Shown here in pieces: positions 24,576 through 38,300 of a stretch of DNA of 64,000 bases. How positions within the stretch are numbered: position 1 is the stretch's first letter; every line of letters begins with the position of its first letter. This DNA is from Antedon mediterranea (Eukaryota; Animalia; Echinodermata), in contig NC_092674.1 in assembly GCF_964355755.1 (NCBI RefSeq), positions 1,116,001 through 1,180,000 on the forward strand, in the 5' to 3' direction. The notes under the pieces were generated by a model, which saw only the letters and a program-made list of their open reading frames with translations, was not told where the DNA came from and did no database searches. Made by a program: the position numbers and the translations under genes.

Positions 24576-27500
24576 TATTTGTGAGAAAAACGGCGGATTG
24601 TTCCTGGGATTCACTTGGTGGGATTATACTAGGGTACCCCCTTAGTCGTCCAGTATAAGTTAGAGTGGGACCACTGGTCCCGTTTACTCAGCCCTCATCT
24701 TTAAAATTTGAGTGTAACTCAATTACGATTTTTAAAATATAGTTAAATTTGAAACTGTATTTGTGAGAAAATGGCGGATTGTTCCTGGGAGTCACTTGGT
24801 GGGATTATACTAGGGTACCCCCTTAGTCGTCCAGTATAAGTTAGAGTGCGACCACTGGTCCCGTTTACTCAGCCCTCATCTTTAAAATTTGAGTGTCACT
24901 CAATTACAATTTTTAAAATATAGTTAAATTTGAAACTGTATTGGTGAGAAAATGGCGGATTGTTCCTGGGAGTCACTTGGTGGGATTATACTAGGGTACC
25001 TTCTTAGTCGTACAGTATAAGTTAGAGTGGGACCACTGGTACCGTTTACTCAGCCCTCATCTTTTAAATTTGAGTGTAACTCATTTACGATTTAAAAAAT
25101 ATAGTGAAATTTGATACTGTATTTGTGAGAAAATGGCGGATTGTTCCTGGGAGTCACTTGGTGGGATTATACTAGGGTACCTCCTTAGTTGTCCAGTATA
25201 AGTTAGAGTGGGACCACTTGTCCCGTTTACTCAGCCCTCATCTTTAAAATTTGAGTGTAACTCATTTACGATTTTTAAAATATAGTGAAATTTGATACTG
25301 TGTTTGTGAAAAAACGGCGGATTGTTCCTTAGAGTCACTTGGTGGGATTATACTAGGGTACCCCCTTAGTCGTCCAGTAGAAGTTAGAGTGGGACCACTG
25401 GTCCCGTTTACTCAGCCCTCATCTTTTAAATATGAGTGTAACTCATTTACGATTTTTAAAATATAGTGAAATTTGATACTGTATTTGTGAGAAAACGGCG
25501 GATTGTTCCTGAGAGTCACTTGGTGGGATTATACTAGAGTGCCTCCTTAGTCGTCCAGTATAAGTTAGAGTGGGACCACTGGTCCCGTTTACTCAGCCCT
25601 CATCTTTTAAATTTGAGTGTAACTCATTTACGATTTTAAAAATATAGTGAAATTAGATACTGTATTTGTGAGAAAACGGCGGATTGTTCCTGGGAGTCAC
25701 ATGGTGGGATTATACTAAGGTACGTCCTTAGTCGTCCAGTATAAGTTAGAGTGCGACCACTGGTTCCGTTTACTCAGCCCTCATCTTTTAAATTTGAGTG
25801 TAACTCAATTACGATAACAAATTTTAAAATATAGTGAAAATTGATACTGTATTTGTGAGAAAATGGCGGATTGTTCCTGGGAGTCACTTGGTGGGATTAT
25901 ACTAGGGTACCTCCTTAGTTGTCCAGTAGAAGTTAGAGTGGGACCACTGGTCCCGTTTACTCAGCCCTCATCTTTAACGTTTGAGTGTAACTCAATTACG
26001 ATTAATATTTTAAAATATAGTGAAATTTGATATTGTATTTGTGAGAAAATGGCGGATTGTTCCCGGGAGTCACTTGGTGGGATTATACTAGGGTACCTCC
26101 TTAGTTTGTCCAGTTTAAGTTAGAGTGGGACCACTGGTCCCGTTTACTCAGTCCTTATCTTTAAAATTAGAGTGTAACTCAATTACGATTAATATTTTAA
26201 AATATAGTGAAATTTGATACAGTACTGTATTTGTGAAAAAATGGCGGATTGGTCCTGGCAGTCACTTGGTAGGATTATACTAGGGTACCTCCTTAGTCGT
26301 CCAGTATAAGTTAGAGTGGGACTACTGGTTCCGTTTACTCAGCCCTCATCTTTAAAATGTGAGTGTAACTCATTTACGATTTTTAAAATATAGTGAAATT
26401 TGAAACTGTATTTGTGAGAAAACGGCGGATTGTTCCCGAGAGTCACTTGGTGGGATTATACTAGGGTACCTCCTTAGTCGTACAGTATAAGTTAGAGTGG
26501 GACCACTGGTACCGTTTACTCAGCCCTCATCTTTTAAATTTGAGTGTAACTCATTTACGATTTAAAAAATATAGTGAAATTTGATACTGTATTTGTGAGA
26601 AAATGGCGGATTGTTCCTGGGAGTCACTTGGTGGGATTATACTAGGGTACCTCCTTAGTTGTCCAGTATAAGTTAGAGTGGGACCACTTGTCCCGTTTAC
26701 TCAGCCCTCATCTTTAAAATTTGAGTGTAACTCATTTACGATTTTTAAAATATAGTGAAATTTGATACTGTGTTTGTAAGAAAACGGCGGATTGTTCCTT
26801 AGAGTCACTTGGTGGGATTATACTAGGGCACCCCCTTAGTCGTCCAGTATAAGTTAGAGTGGGACCACTGGTCCCGTTTACTCAGCCCTCATCTTTTAAA
26901 TATGAGTGTAACTCATTTACGATTTTTAAAATATAGTGAAATTTGATACTGTATTTGTGAGAAAACGGCGGATTGTTCCTGAGAGTCACTTGGTGGGATT
27001 ATACTAGAGTGCCTCCTTAGTCGTCCAGTATAAGTTAGAGTGGGACCACTGGTCCCGTTTAATCAGCCCTCATCTTTTAAATTTGAGTGTAACTCATTTA
27101 CGATTTTAAAAATATAGTGAAATTAGATACTGTATTTGTGAGAAAACGGCGGATTGTTCCTGGGAGTCACATGGTGGGATTATACTAAGGTACGTCCTTA
27201 GTCGTCCAGTATAAGTTAGAGTGCGACCACTGGTTCCGTTTACTCAGCCCTCATCTTTTAAATTTGAGTGTAACTCAATTACGATAACAAATTTTAAAAT
27301 ATAGTGAAAATTGATACTGTATTTGTGAGAAAATGGCGGATTGTTCCTGGGAGTCACTTGGTGGGATTATACTAGGGTACCTCCTTAGTTGTCCAGTAGA
27401 AGTTAGAGTGGGACCACTGGTCCCGTTTACTCAGCCCTCATCTTTAACGTTTGAGTGTAACTCAATTACGATTAATATTTTAAAATATAGTGAAATTTGA

Positions 27501-30500
27501 TATTGTATTTGTGAGAAAATGGCGGATTGTTCCCGGGAGTCACTTGGTGGGATTATACTAGGGTACCTCCTTAGTTTGTCCAGTTTAAGTTAGAGTGGGA
27601 CCACTGGTCCCGTTTACTCAGCCCTTATCTTTAAAATTAGAGTGTAACTCAATTACGATTAATATTTTAAAATATAGTGAAATTTGATACTGTATTTGTG
27701 AAAAAATGGCGGATTGGTCCTGGCAGTCACTTGGTAGGATTATACTAGGGTACCTCCTTAGTCGTCCAGTATAAGTTAGAGTGGGACTACTGGTTCCGTT
27801 TACTCAGCCCTCATCTTTAAAATGTGAGTGTAACTCATTTACGATTTTTAAAATATAGTGAAATTTGAAACTGTATTTGTGAGAAAACGGCGGATTGTTC
27901 CCGAGAGTCACTTGGTGGGATTATACTAGGGTACCTCCTTAGTCGTACAGTATAAGTTAGAGTGGGACCACTGGTACCGTTTAGTCAGCCCTTATCTTTA
28001 AAATTTGAGTGTAACTCATTTACGATTTAGAAAATATAGTGAAATTTTATACTGTATTTGTGAAAAAATGGCGGATTGTTCCTGGGAGTCACTTAGTGGG
28101 ATTATACTAGGGTACCTCCTTAGTTGTCCAGTATAAGTTAGAGTGGGATCACTGGTCCCGTTTACTCAGCCCTCATCTTTAAAATTTGAGTGTAACTCAT
28201 TTACGATTTTAAAAATATAGTGAAATTTGATACTGTATTTGTGCGAAAACGGCGGATTGTTCCTGAGAGTCATTTGGTGGGATTATACTAGGGTACCCCC
28301 TTAGTCGTCCAGTTTAAGTTAGAGTGGGACCACTGGTCCCGTTTACTCAGCCCTCATCTTTTACATTTGAGTGTAACTCATTTACGATTTTTAAAATATA
28401 GTGAAATTTGATACTGTATTTGTGAGAAAACGGCGGATTGTTCCTGGGAGTCACATGGTGGGATTATACTAAGGTACGTCCTTAGTCGTCCAGTATAAGT
28501 TAGAGTGCGACCACTGGTTCCGTTTACTCAGCCCTCATCTTTTAAATTTGAGTGTAACTCAATTACGATAAAAAAAATTTAAAATATAGTGAAAATTGAT
28601 ACTGTATTTGTGAGAAAATGGCGGATTGTTCCTGGGAGTCACTTGGTGAGATTATACTGGGGTACCTCCTTAGTTGTCCAGTTTAAGTTAGAGTGGGACC
28701 ACTGGTCCCGTTTACTCAGCCCTCATCTTTAATGTTTGAGTGTAACTCAATTACGATTAATATTTTGAAATATAGTGAAATTTGATACTATATTTGTGAG
28801 AAAATGGCAGATTGTTCCCGGGAGTCACTTGGTGGGATTATACTAGAGTGCCTCCTTAGTCGTCCAGTATAAGTTAGAGTGGGACCACTGGTCCCGTTTA
28901 ATCAGCCCTCATCTTTTAAATTTGAGTGTAACTCATTTACGATTTTAAAAATATAGTGAAATTAGATACTGTATTTGTGAGAAAACGGCGGATTGTTCCT
29001 GGGAGTCACATGGTGGGATTATACTAAGGTACGTCCTTAGTCGTCCAGTATAAGTTAGAGTGCGACCACTGGTTCCGTTTACTCAGCCCTCATCTTTTAA
29101 ATTTGAGTGTAACTCAATTACGATAACAAATTTTAAAATATAGTGAAAATTGATACTGTATTTGTGAGAAAATGGCGGATTGTTCCTGGGAGTCACTTGG
29201 TGGGATTATACTAGGGTACCTCCTTAGTTGTCCAGTAGAAGTTAGAGTGGGACCACTGGTCCCGTTTACTCAGCCCTCATCTTTAACGTTTGAGTGTAAC
29301 TCAATTACGATTAATATTTTAAAATATAGTGAAATTTGATATTGTATTTGTGAGAAAATGGCGGATTGTTCCCGGGAGTCACTTGGTGGGATTATACTAG
29401 GGTACCTCCTTAGTTTGTCCAGTTTAAGTTAGAGTGGGACCACTGGTCCCGTTTACTCAGCCCTTATCTTTAAAATTAGAGTGTAACTCAATTACGATTA
29501 ATATTTTAAAATATAGTGAAATTTGATACTGTATTTGTGAAAAAATGGCGGATTGGTCCTGGCAGTCACTTGGTAGGATTATACTAGGGTACCTCCTTAG
29601 TCGTCCAGTATAAGTTAGAGTGGGACTACTGGTTCCGTTTACTCAGCCCTCATCTTTAAAATGTGAGTGTAACTCATTTACGATTTTTAAAATATAGTGA
29701 AATTTGAAACTGTATTTGTGAGAAAACGGCGGATTGTTCCCGAGAGTCACTTGGTGGGATTATACTAGGGTACCTCCTTAGTCGTACAGTATAAGTTAGA
29801 GTGGGACCACTGGTACCGTTTAGTCAGCCCTTATCTTTAAAATTTGAGTGTAACTCATTTACGATTTAAAAAATATAGTGAAATTTTATACTGTATTTGT
29901 GAAAAAATGGCGGATTGTTCCTGGGAGTCACTTAGTGGGATTATACTAGGGTACCTCCTTAGTTGTCCAGTATAAGTTAGAGTGGGATCACTGGTCCCGT
30001 TTACTCAGCCCTCATCTTTAAAATTTGAGTGTAACTCATTTACGATTTTAAAAATATAGTGAAATTTGATACTGTATTTGTGCGAAAACGGCGGATTGTT
30101 CCTGAGAGTCATTTGGTGGGATTATACTAGGGTACCCCCTTAGTCGTCCAGTTTAAGTTAGAGTGGGACCACTGGTCCCGTTTACTCAGCCCTCATCTTT
30201 TACATTTGAGTGTAACTCATTTACGATTTTTAAAATATAGTGAAATTTGATACTGTATTTGTGAGAAAACGGCGGATTGTTCCTGGGAGTCACATGGTGG
30301 GATTATACTAAGGTACGTCCTTAGTCGTCCAGTATAAGTTAGAGTGCGACCACTGGTTCCGTTTACTCAGCCCTCATCTTTTAAATTTGAGTGTAACTCA
30401 ATTACGATAAAAAAAATTTAAAATATAGTGAAAATTGATACTGTATTTGTGAGAAAATGGCGGATTGTTCCTGGGAGTCACTTGGTGAGATTATACTGGG

Positions 30501-33500
30501 GTACCTCCTTAGTTGTCCAGTTTAAGTTAGAGTGGGACCACTGGTCCCGTTTACTCAGCCCTCATCTTTAATGTTTGAGTGTAACTCAATTACGATTAAT
30601 ATTTTAAAATATAGTGAAATTTGATACTATATTTGTGAGAAAATGGCAGATTGTTCCCGGGAGTCACTTGGTGGGATTATACTAGGGTACCTTCTTAGTT
30701 GTCCAGTTTAAGTTAGAGTGGGACCACTGGTCCCGTTTACTCAGCCCTCATCTTTTAAATTTGAGTGTAACTCATTTACGATTTTTAAAATATAGTGAAA
30801 TTTGATACTGTATTTGTGAGAAAATGGCGGATTGTTCCTGAAAGTCACTTGGTGGGATTATACTAGGGTACCTCCTTAGTTGTCCAGTTTAAGCTAGAGT
30901 GGGACCACTGGTCCCGTTTACTCAGCCCTTATCTTTAAAATTTCAGTGTAACTCAATTACGATTAATATTTTAAAATATAGTGAAATTTGATACTGTATT
31001 TCTGAGAAAACGGCGGATTGTTCCTGAGAGTCACTTAGTGGGATTATACTAGGGTACCCCCTTAGTCGTCCAGTATAAGTTAGAGTGGGACCACTGGTCC
31101 CGTTTACTCAGCCCTATTCTTTAAAATTTGAGTGTAACTCATTTACGATTTTTAAAATATAGTGAAATTTGAAACTGTATTTGTGAGAAAATGGCGGATT
31201 GTTCCTGGGAGTCACTTGGTGGGATTATACTAGGGTACCCCCTTAGTCGTCCAGTATAAGTTAGAGTGGGACCACTGGTCCCGTTTACTCAGCCCTCATC
31301 TTTTAAATTTGAGTGTAACTCATTTACGATTTTTAAAATATAGTGAAATTTGATACTGTATTTGTAAGAAAACGGCGGATTGTTCCTGAGAGTCACTTGG
31401 TGGGATTATACTAGGGTACCCCCTTAGTCGTCCAGTATAAGTTAGAGTGGGACCACTGGTCCCGTTTACTCAGCCCTCATCTTTTACATTTGAGTGTAAC
31501 TCATTTACGATTTTTAAAATATAGTGAAATTTGATACTGTATTTGTGAGAAAACGGCGGATTGTTCCTGGGAGTCACATGGTGGGATTATACTAAGGTAC
31601 GTCCTTAGTCGTACGCGTCCAGTATAAGTTAGAGTGCGACCACTGGTTCCGTTTACTCAGCCCTCATCTTTTAAATTTGAGTGTAACTCAATTACGATAA
31701 AAAAAATTTAAAATATAGTGAAAATTGATACTGTATTTGTGAGAAATTGGCGGATTGTTCCTGGGAGTCACTTGGTGAGATTATACTGGGGTACCTCCTT
31801 AGTTGTCCAGTTTAAGTTAGAGTGGGACCACTGGTCCCGTTTACTCAGCCCTCATCTTTAATGTTTGAGTGTAACTCAATTACGATTAATATTTTAAAAT
31901 ATAGTGAATTTTGATACTGTATTTGTGAGAAAATGGCGGATTGTTCCCGGGAGTCACTTGGTGGGATTATACTAGGGTACCTTCTTAGTTGTCCAGTTTA
32001 AGTTAGAGTGGGACCACTGGTCCCGTTTACTCAGCCCTCATCTTTTAAATTTGAGTGTAACTCATTTACGATTTTTAAAATATAGTGAAATTTGATACTG
32101 TATTTGTGAGAAAATGGCGGATTGTTCCTGAGAGTCACTTGGTGGGATTATACTAGGGTACCTCCTTAGTTGTCCAGTTTAAGCTAGAGTGGGACCACTG
32201 GTCCCGTTTACTCAGCCCTTATCTTTAAAATTTCAGTGTAACTCAATTACGATTAATATTTTAAAATATAGTGAAATTTGATACTGTATTTCTGAGAAAA
32301 CGGCGGATTGTTCCTGAGAGTCACTTAGTGGGATTATACTAGGGTACCCCCTTAGTCGTCCAGTATAAGTTAGAGTGGGACCACTGGTCCCGTTTACTCA
32401 GCCCTATTCTTTAAAATTTGAGTGTAACTCATTTACGATTTTTAAAATATAGTGAAATTTGAAACTGTATTTGTGAGAAAATGGCGGATTGTTCCTGGGA
32501 GTCACTTGGTGGGATTATACTAGGGTACCCCCTTAGTCGTCCAGTATAAGTTAGAGTGGGACCACTGGTCCCGTTTACTCAGCCCTCATCTTTTAAATTT
32601 TAGTGTAACTCATTTACGATTTTAAAAATATAGTGAAATTAGATACTGTATTTGTGAGAAAACGGCGGATTGTTCCTGGGAGTCACATGGTGGGATTATA
32701 CTAAGGTACGTCCTTAGTCGTCCAGTATAAGTTAGAGTGCGACCATTGGTTCCGTTTACTCAGCCCTCATCTTTTAAATTTGAGTGTAACTCAATTACGA
32801 TAAAAAATTTTAAAATATAGTGAAAATTGAGACTGTATTTGTGAGAAAATGGCGAATTGTTCCCGGGAGTCACTTGGTGGGATTATACTGGGGTACCTCC
32901 TTAGTTGTCCAGTTTAAGTTAGAGTGGGACCACTGGTCCCGTTTACTCAGCCCTCATCTTTAACGTTTGAGTGTAACTCAATTACGATTAATATTTTAAA
33001 ATATAGTGAAATTTGATACTGTATTTGTGAGAAAATGGCGGATTGTTCCTTGGAGTCACTTGGTGGCATTATACTAGGGTACCTCCTTAGTTGTCCAGTT
33101 TAAGTTAGAGTGGGACCACTGGTCCCGTTTACTCAGCCCTCATCTTTTAAATTTGAGTGTAACTCATTTACGATTTTTAAAATATAGTGAAATTTGATAC
33201 TGTATTTGTGAGAAAATGGCGGAGTTTTCTTGGGATTCACTTGGTGGGATTATACTAGGGTACCTCCTTAGTTGTCCAGTTTAAGTTAGAGTGGGACCAC
33301 TGGTCCCGTTTACTCAGCCCTTATCTTTAAAATTTGAGTGTAACTCAATTACGATTAATAATTTAAAATATAGTGAAATTTTATACTGTATTTCTGAGAA
33401 AACGGCGGATTGTTCCTGAGAGTCACTTGGTGGGATTATACTAGGGTACCCCCTTAGTCGTCCAGTATAAGTTAGAGTGGGACCACTGGTCCCGTTACTC

Positions 33501-35390
33501 AGCCCTCATCTTTAAAATTTGAGTGTAACTCATTTACGATTAAAAAAATATAGTGAAATTTGATACTGTATTTGTGAAAAAAAGGCGGATTTTTCCTGAG
33601 AGTCACTTGGTTGGATTATACTAGGGTACCTCCTTAGTTGTCCAATATAAGTTAGAGTGGGACCACTGGTCCCGTTTACTCAGCCCTCATCTTTAAAATT
33701 TGAGTGTAACTCATTTACGATTTTTTAAATATAGTGAAATTTGATACTGTATTTGTGAGAGAACGGCGGATTGTTCCTGAGAGTCATTTGGTGGGATTAT
33801 ACTAGGGTACCCCCTTAGTTTTTCAGTATAAGTTAGAGTGGGACCACTGGTGCCGTTTACTCAGCCCTCATCTTTTAAATTTGAGTGTAACTCATTTACG
33901 ATTTTTAAAATATAGTGAAATTTGATACTGTATTTGTGAAAAAACGGCGGATTGTTCCTGAGAGTCACTTGGTGGGATTATACTAGGGTGCCTCCTTAGT
34001 CATCCAGTATAAGGTAGAGTGGAACCACTGGTCCCGTTTACTCAGCCCTCATCTTTTAAATTTGAGTGTAACTCATTTACGATTTTAAAAATATAGTGAA
34101 ATTAGATACTGTATTTGTGAGAAAACAGCGGATTGTTCCTGGGAGTCACATGGAGGGATTATACTAAGGTACGTCCTTAGTCGTCCAGTATAAGTTAGAG
34201 TGCGACCACTCGTTCCGTTTACTCAGCCCTCATCTTTTAAATTTGAGTGTAACTCAATTACGACAAAAAAATTTAAAATATAGTGAAAATTTATACTGTA
34301 TTTGTGAGAAAATGGCGGATAGTTCCCGGGGGTCACTTGGTAGGATTATACTGGGGTACCTCATTAGTTGTCCAGTTTAAGTTAGAGTGGGACCATTGGT
34401 TCCGTTTACTCATCCCTCATCTTTAACGTTTGAGTGTAACTCAATTACGATTAATATTTTAAAATATAGTGAAATTTGATACTGTATTTGTGAGAAAATG
34501 GCGGATTGTTCCCAGGAGTCACTTGGTGGGATTATACTAGGGTACTTCCTTAGTAGTCCAGTTTAAGTTAGAGTGGGACCACTTTTCCCGTTTACTCAGC
34601 CCTCATCTTTTAAATTTGAGTGTAACTCATTTACGATTTTTAAAATATAGTGAAATTTGATACTGTATTTGTGAGAAAATGGCGGATTGTTCCTGAGAGT
34701 CACTTGGTGGGATTATACTAGGGTACCTCCTTAGTTGTCCAGTTTAAGTTAGAGTTGGACCACTGGTCCCGTTTACTCAGCCCTTATCTTTAAAATTTGA
34801 ATTTAACTCAATTAAGATTAATATTTTAAAATATAGTGAAATTTGATACTGTATTTGTGAGAAAATGGCGGATTGTTCCTGGGAGTCACTTGGTGGGATT
34901 ATACTAGGGTACCCCCTTAGTTGTCCAGTATAAGTTAGAGTGGGACCACTGGTCCCGTTTACTCAGCCCTCATCTTTAAAATTTGATTGTAACTCATTTA
35001 CGATTTTTAAAATATAGAGAAATTTGAAACTGTATTTTTGAGAAAACGGCGGATTGTTCCTGAGAGTCACTTGGTGGGATTATACTAGGGTACCTTCTTA
35101 GTTGTCCAGTAGAAGTTAGAGTGGGACCACTGGTCCCGTTTACTCAGCCCTTATCTTTAACGTTTGTGTGTAACTCAATTACGATTAATATTTTAAAATA
35201 TAGTGAAATTTGATACTGTATTTGTGAGAAAATGGCGGATTGTTCCTGGGAGTCACTTTGTGGGATTATACTAGGTTACCCCCTTAGTCGTCCAGTATAA
35301 GTTAGAGTGGGACCACTGGTCCGGTTTACTCAGCCCTTATCTTTAAAAATTTGAGTGTAACTCATTTACGATTTTTAAAATATAGTCAAA
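24576..35390 (+). repeat. 181-bp satellite array, left arm (about 59 monomers, higher-order structure)
   Basis: GGCGGATTG recurs at 24592, 24773, 24954 and onward (period 181; variants about 186-188 bp). Monomers counted by eye. Confidence 0.95.
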
Positions 35391-38300
35391 TTTCACTATA
35401 TTTTAAAAATCGTAAATGAGTTACACTCAAATTTTAAAGATGAGGACTGAGTAAACCGGACCAGTGGTCCCACTCTAACTTATACTGGACGACTAAGGGG
35501 ATACCCTAGTATAATCCCACCAAGTGACTCCCAGGAATAATCCGCCATTTTCTCACAAATACAGTATCAAATTTCACTATATTTTAAAATATTAATCGTA
35601 ATTGAGTTACACTCAAACGTTAAAGATGAGGGCTGAGTAAACGGGACCAGTGGTCCCACTCTAACTTAAACTGGACAACTAAGGAGGTACCCTAGTATAA
35701 TCCCACCAAGTGACTCCCAGGAACAATCCGCCATTTTCTCACAAATACAGTATCAATTTTCACTATATTTTAAAAATTTTATCGTAATTGAGTTACACTC
35801 AAATTTAAAAGATGAGGGCTGAGTAAACGGGACCAGTGGTCGCACTCTAACTTATACTGGACGACTAAAGACGTACCTTAGTATAACCCCACCATGTAAC
35901 TCCCAGGAACAATCCGCCGTTTTCTCACAAATACAGTATCAAATATCACTATATTTTAAAAATCGTAAATGAGTTACACTCAAATTTTAAAGATGAGGGC
36001 TGAGTAAACGGGACCAGTGGTCCCACTCTAACTTAAACCTGACAACTAAGGAGGTACCCTAGTATAATCCCACCAAGTGACTCTCAGGAACAATCCGCCG
36101 TTTTCTCACAAATACAGTTTCAAATTTTACTATATTTTAAAAATCGTAAATGAGTTACACTCAAATGTTAAAGATGAGGGCTGAGTAAACGGGACCAGTG
36201 GTCTCACTCTAACTTATACTGGACAACTAAGGAGGTACCCTAGTATAATCCCACCAAGTGACTCCCAGGAACAATCCGCCATTTTCTCACAAATACAGTA
36301 TCAAATTTGACTATTTTTTAAATCGTAAATGAGTTACACTCAAATTTTAAAGATGAGGGCTGAGTAAACGGTACCAGTGGTCCCACTCTAATTTATTCTG
36401 GACGACTAAGGAGGTACCTTAGTATAATCCCACCAAGTAACTCCCAGGAACAATACGCCATTTTCTCACAAATACAGTTTCAAATTTAACTATATTTTAA
36501 AAATTGTAATTGAGTTACACTCAAATTTTAAAGATGAGGGCTGAGTAAACGGGACCAGTAGTCCCACTCTAACTTACACAGTATGACTAAAGAGGTACCC
36601 TAGTATAATCCCACCAAGTGACTCTCAGGAACAATCCACCGTTTTCTCACAAATACAGTATCAAATTTCACTATATTTTAAAAATCGTAAATGAGTTACA
36701 CTCAAATTTTAAAGATGAGGGCTGAGTAAACGGGACCAGTGGTCCCACTCTAACTTAAACCTGACAACTAAGGAGGTACCCTAGTATAATCCCACCAAGT
36801 GACTCTCAGGAACAATTCGCCGTTTTCTCACAAATACAGTTTCAAATTTTACTATATTTTAAAAATCGTAAATGAGTTACACTCAAATGTTAAAGATGAG
36901 GGCTGAGTAAACGGGACCAGTGGTCTCACTCTAACTTATACTGGACAACTAAGGAGGTACCCTAGTATAATCCCACCAAGTGACTCCCAGGAACAATCCG
37001 CCATTTTCTCACAAATACAGTATCAAATTTCACTATTTTTTAAATCGTAAATGAGTTACACTCAAATTTTAAAGATGAGGGCTGAGTAAACGGTACCAGT
37101 GGTCCCACTCTAATTTATTCTGGACGACTAAGGAGGTACCTTAGTATAATCCCACCAAGTAACTCCCAGGAACAATACGCCATTTTCTCACAAATACAGT
37201 TTCAAATTTAACTATATTTTAAAAATTGTAATTGAGTTACACTCAAATTTTAAAGATGAGGGCTGAGTAAACGGGACCAGTAGTCCCACTCTAACTTACA
37301 CAGTATGACTAAAGAGGTACCCTAGTATAATCCCACCAAGTGACTCTCAGGAACAATCCACCGTTTTCTCACAAATACAGTATCAAATTTCACTATATTT
37401 TAAAAATCGTAAATGAGTTACACTCAAAATTTAAAGATGAGGGCTGAGTAAACGGGACCAGTGGTCCCACTCTAACTTATACTGGACGACTAAGGGTGTA
37501 CCCTAGTATAATCCCACTAAGTGAATCTCAGGAACAATCCGCCGTTTTCTCACAAATACAGTTTCAAATTTCACTATATTTTAAAAATCGTAAATGCGTT
37601 ACACTCAAATTTTAAAGATGAGGGCTGAGTAAACGGGACAAGTGGTCCCACTCTAACTTATACTGGACGACTAAGGGGGTACCCTAGTATAATCCCACCA
37701 AGTGACTCCCACGAACAATCCGCCATTTTCTCACAAATACAGTATAAAATTTCACTATATTTTAAAAATCGTAAATGAGTTACACTCAAATTTCAAAGAT
37801 GAGGGCTGAGTAAACGGAACCAGTGGTCCCACTCTAACTTATACTGGACTACTAAGGGGGTACCCTAGTATAATCCCACCAAGTGGCTCCCAGGAACAAT
37901 CCGCCATTTTGTCACAAATACAATATCAATTTTCACTATATTTTAAAATATTAATCGTAATTGAGTTACACTCAAATTTTAAAGATAAGGGCTGAGTAAA
38001 CGGGACCAGTTGTCCCACTCTAACTTAAACTGGACAACTAAGGAGGTACCCTAGTATAATCCCACCAAGTGACTCTCGGGAACAATCAGCCATTTTCTCA
38101 CAAATACAGTATCAAATTTCACTATATTTTAAAATATTAATCGTAATTGAGTTACACTCAAACGTTAAAGATGAGGCCTGAGTAAACGGGACCAGTGGTC
38201 CCACTCTAACTTCTACTGGACAACTAAGGAGGTACCCTAGTATAATCCCACCAAGTGACTCTCAGGAACAATCCGCCGTTTTCTCAAAAATACAGTTTCA

